From Candidatus Pacearchaeota archaeon (GTDB lineage: Archaea; Nanobdellota; Nanobdellia; Pacearchaeales; GW2011-AR1), in assembly GCA_016866975.1 (NCBI GenBank), contig VGKP01000020.1, positions 1 to 10,879 of the forward strand: a DNA stretch of 10,879 nt. The letters run 5' to 3'. Each line of letters opens with the position of its first letter. Within the stretch, counting starts at the first letter, position 1. The notes beneath the pieces are model-generated. The model searched no databases. It saw nothing but the letters and a program-made list of their open reading frames with translations, and had not been told where the DNA came from. Positions 1 to 6,242 of this stretch are shown in pieces. The position numbers and the translations under genes were made by a program.

Positions 1-66
1 ATTATACGAAGATATATTCAACAACAGGGAAGAAGCGGTAAGCAGTTGAGATTAGATAACTTCTAG
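1..66 (+). CDS. tnpA: IS200/IS605-family Y1 (HUH) transposase, C-terminal fragment (5' partial, runs off the window)
   Basis: Frame +1 reads IIRRYIQQQGRSGKQLRLDNF-TAG. YIxxQ matches the catalytic-tyrosine helix at the C-terminus of Y1 transposases, and an IS200/IS605-type end hairpin follows immediately. Not in the ORF track because it is short and partial. Confidence 0.75.
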   Translation: MIRRYIQQQGRSGKQLRLDNF

Positions 67-98
67 ATGCCCCACGGTCTTGCCGTGGGGAGCTTCAC
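66..98 (+). mobile_element. IS200/IS605 right end: guide GATG, subterminal hairpin, cleavage tetranucleotide TCAC
   Basis: Stem CCCCACGG (70-77) / CCGTGGGG (83-90) with a TCTTG loop, preceded by GATG (66-69) and followed by AGCTTCAC (TCAC at 95-98). This is the same layout as the IS608 right end (GAAT-hairpin-TCAA). Confidence 0.8.
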
Positions 99-116
99 TT
101 TTGATCTAAAATTTTA

Positions 117-1322
117 TTACAAATATTGGTTAATCCTTTTTTGTTTTCCAAATTCTTTCAAGAGAATCGATTTATTGATGTAGTTTGAGATTGGCTGCTT
201 AAGCCTGGATTGAATATCATCAAAAGCCTCCTGCAGAGAGTTGAAAATCATGGGATTTATTGAGAAAGCCTCACGGCTGACTTGTCTCAAAATACCTACG
301 CCCAGAGGATCGGTATATTCTGGTCTTATTTCCCTAAAAACCAAGCACAGGGCTTGGCGTCTTATTCTCTCAAGATATTCTGTCAATGCAATGCGATTTG
401 CGTAATAGGCCCCTGTGACTGAATCTGCATATGTCTTCCTAGGGTAAAAATTTTCATAATCTGTCCAGATGCCCATGTTCTTAAGAGATATCTCTATCAC
501 TTCAAAACTCCATTTCTCAGGGAGAAGAAGGAACTCATAATGATTCCCAAGATATTCAGCATGAAAGAGCATAATGTTCGATATCTCAGGATATAATCTT
601 ATTCTTTTTAATTTTTCTTTGGATAGGGTGTCGTCCACTGCAGTGATGGACCATCTTGTAGGAACCAATTTACGGTTTTTCTTCTTTCCTAGAAGGCCGG
701 CTGAAAGTATTTTCATTATTGTAGACGTCTCGATATTTGCTTTTTCCAACTCAATCAGAGAAGAAACTGCTTTTGCGTCTGTGTCATTTACTAGATATTC
801 AACCTTTGGCCGAATCTTAGGATTTTCCTGAAGCCTTATCTTTTCTATCTCGGCAGCATGAGCAATCAATGGCGCATTTGGGGCTTGTTCATCCTGCTGC
901 CTGATAGGTTTCTTTAGGATAAATTCTGTAGAAATAGGCTTGTGAGTCATAGCCACTTCCTGCAATATTGAAAGGAACTTATTCTGAAGCTGATGAATGT
1001 TGCTTTGAGTCCTTCCGTAAATAAGCTTGTTCCTGAATGAAAGTATCTCAGGTATTGTGCGTTTTTGCTCATGCCAAATCTCAGGAGAAGATAGATATTT
1101 GGTTTCTCCATGCTCTTCTGGACTCAATATCCCAGTGTAGACGTTAGGATAATTCCATCGCCCTACGAAGATTTCGGGAGGGCTGGAGCCTGTAAACTCC
1201 TTAATCTCTTTTGCTTTACCAATGGAGAATACATGCTTATCGCATCCCTCTATGCCGCAAATTTTACATCCTAAGAAATTACGGATCTTATGAGTCAATT
1301 TCTCTGAAGATTTTTCGTCCAT
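117..1322 (-). CDS. nreA: Nre-family archaeal DNA repair protein (NreA), 401 aa
   Basis: Recognisable Nre motifs: SPPEIFVGRWNYPNV, GLLG...RKLVPTRWSITAVDD, GAYYANR, EIRPEY..PLGV. C-terminal PIP-like QKRINQYL and an N-terminal Cys cluster. Confidence 0.92.
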   Translation of the reverse strand: MDEKSSEKLTHKIRNFLGCKICGIEGCDKHVFSIGKAKEIKEFTGSSPPEIFVGRWNYPNVYTGILSPEEHGETKYLSSPEIWHEQKRTIPEILSFRNKLIYGRTQSNIHQLQNKFLSILQEVAMTHKPISTEFILKKPIRQQDEQAPNAPLIAHAAEIEKIRLQENPKIRPKVEYLVNDTDAKAVSSLIELEKANIETSTIMKILSAGLLGKKKNRKLVPTRWSITAVDDTLSKEKLKRIRLYPEISNIMLFHAEYLGNHYEFLLLPEKWSFEVIEISLKNMGIWTDYENFYPRKTYADSVTGAYYANRIALTEYLERIRRQALCLVFREIRPEYTDPLGVGILRQVSREAFSINPMIFNSLQEAFDDIQSRLKQPISNYINKSILLKEFGKQKRINQYL

Positions 1323-1354
1323 TCTTTATGAAAATAGATGAAGTATTTATGGAT

Positions 1355-1648
1355 TTATGTTATTTTTATACGTTCGATTGAAAGGATTTCTTTTTTTCTT
1401 TGAATGTAAAGGATAAACCCTGTGATAAGAGTAATAATTGCAACAAAAATTGCAAAAATGCCTATATATGCGAGATTTGAAGGAAATTGAGGGAGCTGAG
1501 CAATTTGCAAAAGCGCAAGTCCTAAAAGAAGAGAGGTGAGTGCGATATTGATATAGGCAAGAAAGGTACGCTCATTAGAAAGTAGCGTTCGTTCATCGGA
1601 AAGAAGGATGTTTTCTTTTTCTAGATTTTTTGAGTACCTCTTTACCAT
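1355..1648 (-). CDS. DUF202 (YidH-like) small membrane protein, ~97 aa; start revised from 1771 to 1648
   Basis: Signature ERTLLSNERTFLAYINIAL followed by two hydrophobic helices. ATG at 1648 lies 21 nt after a TTTATAAC box (1677-1670), the same spacing as at other genes here. Confidence 0.8.
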   Translation of the reverse strand: MVKRYSKNLEKENILLSDERTLLSNERTFLAYINIALTSLLLGLALLQIAQLPQFPSNLAYIGIFAIFVAIITLITGFILYIQRKKEILSIERIKIT

Positions 1649-1669
1649 ACTTTCAAAAGAAGGAAGAGA

Positions 1670-1677
1670 GTTATAAA
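1670..1677 (-). promoter_or_regulatory. Archaeal TATA box for the DUF202 gene
   Basis: TTTATAAC on the minus strand, 21 nt before ATG 1648, with purine-rich GGGAACA upstream. Confidence 0.55.
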
Positions 1678-1688
1678 TGTTCCCTTGC

Positions 1689-1813
1689 TTAGCGCTCAAA
1701 GATTTCTGCCTTTTCTTGAGGAAATACGGAAGGGCAGGAGCCTGAATCAGAGACAAGAGAGAGCTTGTCATTGGGGAGCATCTTGAGGAAAATATGCATA
1801 TTTTTTTCTTTAT
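1689..1813 (-). pseudogene. Possible orphaned 3' fragment of the Cys-rich exported protein gene
   Basis: Open frame KEKNMHIFLKMLPNDKLSLVSDSGSCPSVFPQEKAEIFER-TAA begins at the hairpin element boundary and stops 11 nt before the DUF202 TATA box. Assignment to the upstream gene is inference only. Confidence 0.3.
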
Positions 1814-1931
1814 GTCAAGGAACTTGACTAAAACTCCAGCTTTTAAGCTGGAGTTGTTCCTTGAGCATCCAAAAAAAGAGCGCCTGCATCAAACTGCGGC
1901 TTTTAAGCCGCAGTGGCGCATCGTTTTTTTG
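1814..1931. mobile_element. Non-coding double-hairpin element, putative non-autonomous IS200/IS605 derivative (PATE-like); right boundary uncertain (~1922-1931)
   Basis: Two related hairpins, AACTCCAGCTT-TT-AAGCTGGAGTT (1832-1855) and ACTGCGGCTT-TT-AAGCCGCAGT (1893-1914), each inside an outer stem after an 8-nt bulge. TTTAT (1809-1813) lies just left of it. It coincides with the truncation of the 139-aa ORF. Confidence 0.55.
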
Positions 1932-2322
1932 ATATTCCAGATAATTTTTCGATGTCGGTAAAGCTGTGCGTGAAGAGCGGAGAGGGATTGGAAATGCAGT
2001 CTTGTTGACGGGAAGGAGATGAACGTTGTGAGAGAGAGGATTCTGGAGAGAAAAGCTTTCTGCAAAGTTCAATCGTCTTGCCTCGGCAGTAGGATTCGCA
2101 GCGCCCGCGATTGTTCTGGCAGAACTGTTGGCAGTCTGCTTCTGAAGAGCAGAGTGAGCCGAGGCCTTGCTCTTGTGAAGTGGGCAGAGGGGGAGAACTA
2201 GATGTGCCGAGAGAATCTTCAGAGGACTTTGTTTGTGTGAGTTGCTTATAGGCGACGAAGGCAGCACCGGTTACAACTAGGGCAAAAACAATAATAGCAA
2301 GAATGGTCAATGGCTTAATCAT
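1903..2322 (-). pseudogene. Exported/membrane-anchored Cys-rich protein, apparently truncated by the hairpin element
   Basis: N-terminal hydrophobic helix, Ser/Pro linker, a six-Cys module (CSSEADCQQFCQNNRGRCESYCRGKTIELC), then the start of a further domain (CISNPSPLFTHSFTDIEKL). The stop TAA (1905-1903) is inside hairpin 2. ATGA overlap with the upstream gene. Confidence 0.6.
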
Positions 2323-2657
2323 TTTTTCTCCAGGAATGCGACCGCGAGCCCTGAGAGCCCAACGATTGCGTGCAGCGCTGTGTCAAGTGAATTAAATGCA
2401 TCAAGTCCTGCAAAGTCAGGGAAGAGCGCACCGAACAGAGCAAGATAGGTGAAAAATGCGCCATTGATAAGGGGTAAATTACTCCAGAATGGGCGGCGGT
2501 TCCAGTGAAAGAGAATAACAATGCCGAGAAGAACATGAAAAATCTTGTGCATCTATTCTGCGGTAAAACCCTTTGCTAGAATATCAGTAATAAGTGTTAT
2601 TGAGACAAGGAGAAATAAAATTCCGATGCCATGTGTATACCATCTTTTCAGGTCCAT
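2319..2657 (-). pseudogene. Small multi-pass membrane protein (C-terminal half DUF4383-like), 112 codons with one in-frame TAG at 2555-2553
   Basis: MDLKRWYTHGIGILFLLVSITLITDILAKGFTAE-TAG-MHKIFHVLLG...DTALHAIVGLSGLAVAFLEKK in one frame. ATG 2657 is 2 nt after the previous stop. The ORF track splits it into 2553..2738 and 2319..2552. Confidence 0.6.
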
Positions 2658-2659
2658 TC

Positions 2660-2857
2660 TTATCCTTTCAAATCTGAGATTCCTAAGAGGACAAAGAGCG
2701 CACCGATGGCCACTATGAACCAGAATAGACCGCCCCAAAAGACACTAATTGCTGCGGAGCTTAATCCAAGACTTGTGGATAATGGTGAATAAAATGCTAC
2801 AAGAATTGCGCCAATCACGAGAACCAATCCGACCAAGAGTTCAAGCCATTTATTCAT
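2660..2857 (-). CDS. Small two-helix membrane protein, 65 aa, function unknown
   Basis: Two hydrophobic segments with charged ends (MNKWLE..., ...GISDLKG). TTTATATA box 21 nt upstream. First gene of the minus-strand cluster. Confidence 0.75.
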   Translation of the reverse strand: MNKWLELLVGLVLVIGAILVAFYSPLSTSLGLSSAAISVFWGGLFWFIVAIGALFVLLGISDLKG

Positions 2858-2878
2858 ATCTCTGAGATGTCTGATGAC

Positions 2879-2886
2879 TATATAAA
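2879..2886 (-). promoter_or_regulatory. TATA box for the minus-strand membrane-protein cluster
   Basis: TTTATATA ending 21 nt before ATG 2857. Confidence 0.65.
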
Positions 2887-2956
2887 TATTTTGCTTTTTG
2901 GGCTAAATTAAAAAATTTTCCACTAAAAAATTTTTTAAACTTACTTGCCTCCCTGT

Positions 2957-2987
2957 GATTTGACATGGATAGCTTATTAGTCAAATC
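2957..2987. repeat. 8-bp inverted repeat with 15-nt spacer in the divergent intergenic region
   Basis: GATTTGAC (2957-2964) and GTCAAATC (2980-2987) are exact reverse complements. Confidence 0.5.
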
Positions 2988-2997
2988 CTTCTCAAGC

Positions 2998-3005
2998 TTT
3001 AAATA
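2998..3005 (+). promoter_or_regulatory. TATA box for the DHH / acyP-uppS operon
   Basis: TTTAAATA ending 21 nt before ATG 3027. Confidence 0.65.
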
Positions 3006-3026
3006 ACCTCTTTTTGTGGTATCTAT

Positions 3027-4073
3027 ATGTTGACGAAAAAACAAATGGCTGAATTAAAAGATCATCTAGAAAGAGCTCAAAATCCTTTGTTCCTTTATGA
3101 TAATGATGCTGATGGTCTTTGCAGCTATGTAATACTGAGAAGATGGATCGGGAGGGGCAAGGGAGTTGCTGTAAGAAGCTATCCTGAACTTGATGCCGGA
3201 TATGCAAGAAGAGTACAAGAATTGCAGGCAGATTATGTCTTCATATTAGATAAACCTTTAATATCACAAGCATTCATTGATGAACTAGATATGCTTAACA
3301 TACCTTGTGTCATAATAGATCATCATGATGTTGAGCAGAGTTTTGAAAAGAAATCAAAAAATCTAGCCATATACAATACTGCAAAAAATAAGGGAAAAAA
3401 TAAGAGTTTTGAGCCTGTGACATTTCACGTGTATCAGTTGACCCAGAGAAAAGAAGATATGTGGATAGCCATAATAGGTTGTGTCTCGGATCATTACCTT
3501 CCATCTTTTGCTGAGGAATTTAGTAAGAATTATCCTGAATTATGGGGAAATGTCAAAGAACCATTTGATGCCTACTATGGGACTGAAATTGGTAAAATAG
3601 CACAATCATTAGGTTTTGGCCTCAAAGATTCAATAAGTCATGTTGTTGCTATGCAGAATTTTCTGATTTCTTGCAAACATCCCAGTGATATCACTACAAT
3701 CCGAGACTCATGGGTATATAGCAACACGTATAAGGCAATAAAGGAAAGGTACGACAGAACTGTAAAGGAAGCTGAAAAAGAATTAGGTGATAGAATGATT
3801 TTTTTTACATATTCTGGAGAGACAAGCATGAGTGCAAGTCTTGCTAATCACCTTTGCTATAAACATCCTGATAAGGTGATAGTAGTGGCATATATGAAAG
3901 GTGAGATTTCAAACCTCTCACTAAGAGGGAAAAAGGTAAGAGTGTTGCTTGAGAAAGTCCTTAAGAAATTTCCTGGGGCAAGTGGAGGAGGACATGAAGA
4001 TGCCGTAGGAGCCAGAATAAAGACAAATGAGCTTGCAAGATTGAGGGAAAAAATTGAAGAGGAATTAAAATGA
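3027..4073 (+). CDS. DHH/DHHA1-family phosphoesterase (RecJ/NrnA-like superfamily), 348 aa
   Basis: Motifs DNDADG, ILD, IDHH, IGCVSD, and the DHHA1 signature SLRG...GGGHEDAVG. Substrate cannot be assigned from sequence alone. Confidence 0.88.
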   Translation: MLTKKQMAELKDHLERAQNPLFLYDNDADGLCSYVILRRWIGRGKGVAVRSYPELDAGYARRVQELQADYVFILDKPLISQAFIDELDMLNIPCVIIDHHDVEQSFEKKSKNLAIYNTAKNKGKNKSFEPVTFHVYQLTQRKEDMWIAIIGCVSDHYLPSFAEEFSKNYPELWGNVKEPFDAYYGTEIGKIAQSLGFGLKDSISHVVAMQNFLISCKHPSDITTIRDSWVYSNTYKAIKERYDRTVKEAEKELGDRMIFFTYSGETSMSASLANHLCYKHPDKVIVVAYMKGEISNLSLRGKKVRVLLEKVLKKFPGASGGGHEDAVGARIKTNELARLREKIEEELK

Positions 4074-5107
4074 GGCTTAAAGAGATTGAGATTCATGTTT
4101 ATGGAAGAGTACAGGGAGTGTTGTTCAGGGCGACAATACAGAGAGAAGCGCTCAAAAGAAACATAAATGGATTTGTAATGAATAGAGCGGATGGGAGCGT
4201 AGAAATAGTGGCCCAGGCAGGGAAAAAATCTTTGGAGAGTTTCCTGCAATGGATACAAGAAAGCCCAGGATTCAGCTCAGTTAAAGGATTATCATATCAT
4301 TGGAGAAAAATCGGAGAGAATTTCAAGACATTTGCAGTTATAAAAGACAAGCCTTTCTTTGCAGACCAAGCTAGAGGATTCTTCAATCTAGGAAGATCAT
4401 TGCTTGCACCCTCTGGGAAGATACCCTTACATATAGCTATAATACCTGATGGCAACAGAAGGTGGGCGAAGAAAAAAGGGAGGAGGCCTGAATTTGGACA
4501 TTATACTGCTGCCAGCTTCCAACATATACATGAGTTGTTTGAAGAAGCTAGACGACTTGGAGTAAAATATCTGACTTTGTGGGGATTTTCTACTGAAAAT
4601 TGGAAAAGAGACAGTAGAGAGACCAGGGCAATCTTTGATTTGTTATTACAAAATATTGAGAGATTCAAAGAAGAAGCTGAGAGGCAGCATATAAGATTCA
4701 AGCATATAGGTAGAAAAGACAGGCTCCCCAAAGATCTTGTAAAGACATTATCCGATCTTGAGAAAGAGACAGAGCATTATACTGAATTTAATGTACAGCT
4801 CTGCCTTGATTATGGGGGGAGAGATGAGATAATAAGAGCTGTCAATGGCGTCATCAAGAAAAGAGTAAAGAAAGTCAATGAAAAAGATTTCATGAGTTAT
4901 CTTGATTCTGCGGATATACCTGATATAGATCTTATAATAAGAACATCGGGAGAACAGAGACTAAGTGGATTCATGCCATTCCAGTCTGCTTATGCAGAGC
5001 TTTACTTCTGTGATGTCCATTTTCCAGACTTCACTCCAAGAGAATTAAGGAAAGCAGTAGAGGAGTATGGGAGGAGAAAGAGAACTTTTGGAGGAGGAGT
5101 CAGGTGA
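4070..5107 (+). CDS. uppS: Fusion of an N-terminal acylphosphatase domain (aa ~1-92) and a cis-prenyltransferase / polyprenyl diphosphate synthase UppS (aa ~118-345)
   Basis: AcyP motifs VYGRVQGVLFR and GFVMNRADGSVE. UppS motifs HIAIIPDGNRRWA, GH, FSTENWKR, YGGRDEI, DLIIRTSGEQRLSGF, YAELYF, FPDF and RKRTFGG. One uninterrupted frame. Confidence 0.92.
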   Translation: MRLKEIEIHVYGRVQGVLFRATIQREALKRNINGFVMNRADGSVEIVAQAGKKSLESFLQWIQESPGFSSVKGLSYHWRKIGENFKTFAVIKDKPFFADQARGFFNLGRSLLAPSGKIPLHIAIIPDGNRRWAKKKGRRPEFGHYTAASFQHIHELFEEARRLGVKYLTLWGFSTENWKRDSRETRAIFDLLLQNIERFKEEAERQHIRFKHIGRKDRLPKDLVKTLSDLEKETEHYTEFNVQLCLDYGGRDEIIRAVNGVIKKRVKKVNEKDFMSYLDSADIPDIDLIIRTSGEQRLSGFMPFQSAYAELYFCDVHFPDFTPRELRKAVEEYGRRKRTFGGGVR

Positions 5108-5196
5108 CTTTTAAACGACTGCAGTGTAAGCAGTATTGTTGTGTAGTCTTCTAATAGATAATCGCCTACAGGTAAAATGCAATTTCTATATCAAGA

Positions 5197-5204
5197 TTTA
5201 TATA
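5197..5204 (+). promoter_or_regulatory. TATA box for the deoxyhypusine synthase gene
   Basis: TTTATATA ending 21 nt before ATG 5226. Confidence 0.65.
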
Positions 5205-5225
5205 TTATCTTCTTTAAATAAATAG

Positions 5226-6212
5226 ATGGATAGTGAAAAGATAGCTAGAAAGAATCTTCTTAGAAAAAGCAAGGAAACAAAAGGGGTGCCCATCAGAGGA
5301 CATGATTTCAATGAGGGTCGCGATTATGGAAAGATAATAAACAGTTTTGCTACTACAGGCTTCCAAGCCACTTTTCTCTCCAGAGCAATAGAAATCACTA
5401 AGAAGATGATTGATGAGAATGCAACAATATTCCTAGGTTTTACGAGCAATATGGTAAGCTCTGGGCTGCGAGAAGTCTTGAGATATCTTGTTGAGCATAA
5501 GAAAGTAGATGTTGTAGTGACAACCGCGGGAGGTATCGAAGAAGATATAATAAAATGTCTAGGTAACTTCATGTTAGGAGATTTCAGGGCTTCCGGGAAA
5601 GAGCTTCGTAAAAAAGGGATAAATCGTATAGGCAATATATTTGCACCGAACAATAGGTATGTAGATTTTGAGAAATGGATGCAACCATTACTTGAAGAAG
5701 TGTATGAAATGCAGAAAAAAACAGGCAAAATTCCCTGTGGAAGCGATATCATCTGGAAGATGGGCGAGAAGATAGGTAATTCTGATAGCATATTATATTG
5801 GGCATGGAAAAACAAGATACCTGTCCATTGCCCCGCTTTAGGAGATGGGGCCTTGGGAGACAATATATATTTCTTCAGTTTCAAGCATCCCGATTTCAAG
5901 ATAGACTTAGTTGAAGACATAGCTAAGATGAATAATACAACTATTGGACTGAAAAAGACGGGATTGATTATACTTGGAAGCGGAGTAGTGAAACATGCTA
6001 TTCTGAATGCGAATATGCTTCGCAATGGCGCTGATTATGCAGTGTATATTAACACTGCGCAGGAATTTGATGGAAGTGATGCAGGTGCACTGCCTGAAGA
6101 AGCGGTATCTTGGGGGAAGATACTTCCAGGGGCGGAAAGTGTGAAGGTTTTTGCTGATGCGACTATTGTTTTTCCTCTTTTAGTTGCAGAGACTTTTGCT
6201 AAGAACAATTAA
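5226..6212 (+). CDS. dys: Deoxyhypusine synthase, 328 aa
   Basis: TGFQA, FLGFTSNMVSSGLRE, VTTAGGIEED, INRIGN, DGALGD, GSGVVKH, EFDGSDAGA and active-site EAVSWGK motifs. Confidence 0.96.
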   Translation: MDSEKIARKNLLRKSKETKGVPIRGHDFNEGRDYGKIINSFATTGFQATFLSRAIEITKKMIDENATIFLGFTSNMVSSGLREVLRYLVEHKKVDVVVTTAGGIEEDIIKCLGNFMLGDFRASGKELRKKGINRIGNIFAPNNRYVDFEKWMQPLLEEVYEMQKKTGKIPCGSDIIWKMGEKIGNSDSILYWAWKNKIPVHCPALGDGALGDNIYFFSFKHPDFKIDLVEDIAKMNNTTIGLKKTGLIILGSGVVKHAILNANMLRNGADYAVYINTAQEFDGSDAGALPEEAVSWGKILPGAESVKVFADATIVFPLLVAETFAKNN

Positions 6213-6242
6213 GATTAAAAAGTTGTTTTTCTTGAGGTTTTT

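Noticed and set aside
1649-1771. 41-aa N-terminal extension of the DUF202 ORF in the track
   Set aside because: It spans the TATA box placed 21 nt before ATG 1648 and has no family signal.
1814-1931. Reading the two hairpins as a mini CRISPR array or a tRNA fragment
   Set aside because: Only two imperfect copies, no cas genes in the window, and no cloverleaf or T-loop consensus.
1815-2267. 150-aa minus-strand ORF overlapping the Cys-rich gene and reading through the hairpins
   Set aside because: Alternative frame of a better-supported gene (signal helix, ATGA coupling). Its composition is not protein-like and its tail is translated hairpin DNA.
2553-2555. Genome-wide TAG reassignment as an explanation of the in-frame amber
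   Set aside because: TAG ends tnpA, gatB and the TrmB gene at their expected C-termini, and the last two converge only 3 bp apart. No pyrrolysine machinery is visible in the window.
2909-2937. TAAAAAATTTT direct repeat with 15-bp period, second copy palindromic
   Set aside because: Low-complexity A/T tracts are expected by chance in an AT-rich intergenic region.
5118-5134. ACTGC-N7-GCAGT mini-hairpin after uppS as a terminator or small RNA
   Set aside because: Only 5 bp, no following T-tract, and within chance expectation.
5324-6025. 233-aa antisense ORF inside dys
   Set aside because: Lies wholly opposite a strongly conserved gene with no recognisable motif; a typical antisense shadow.
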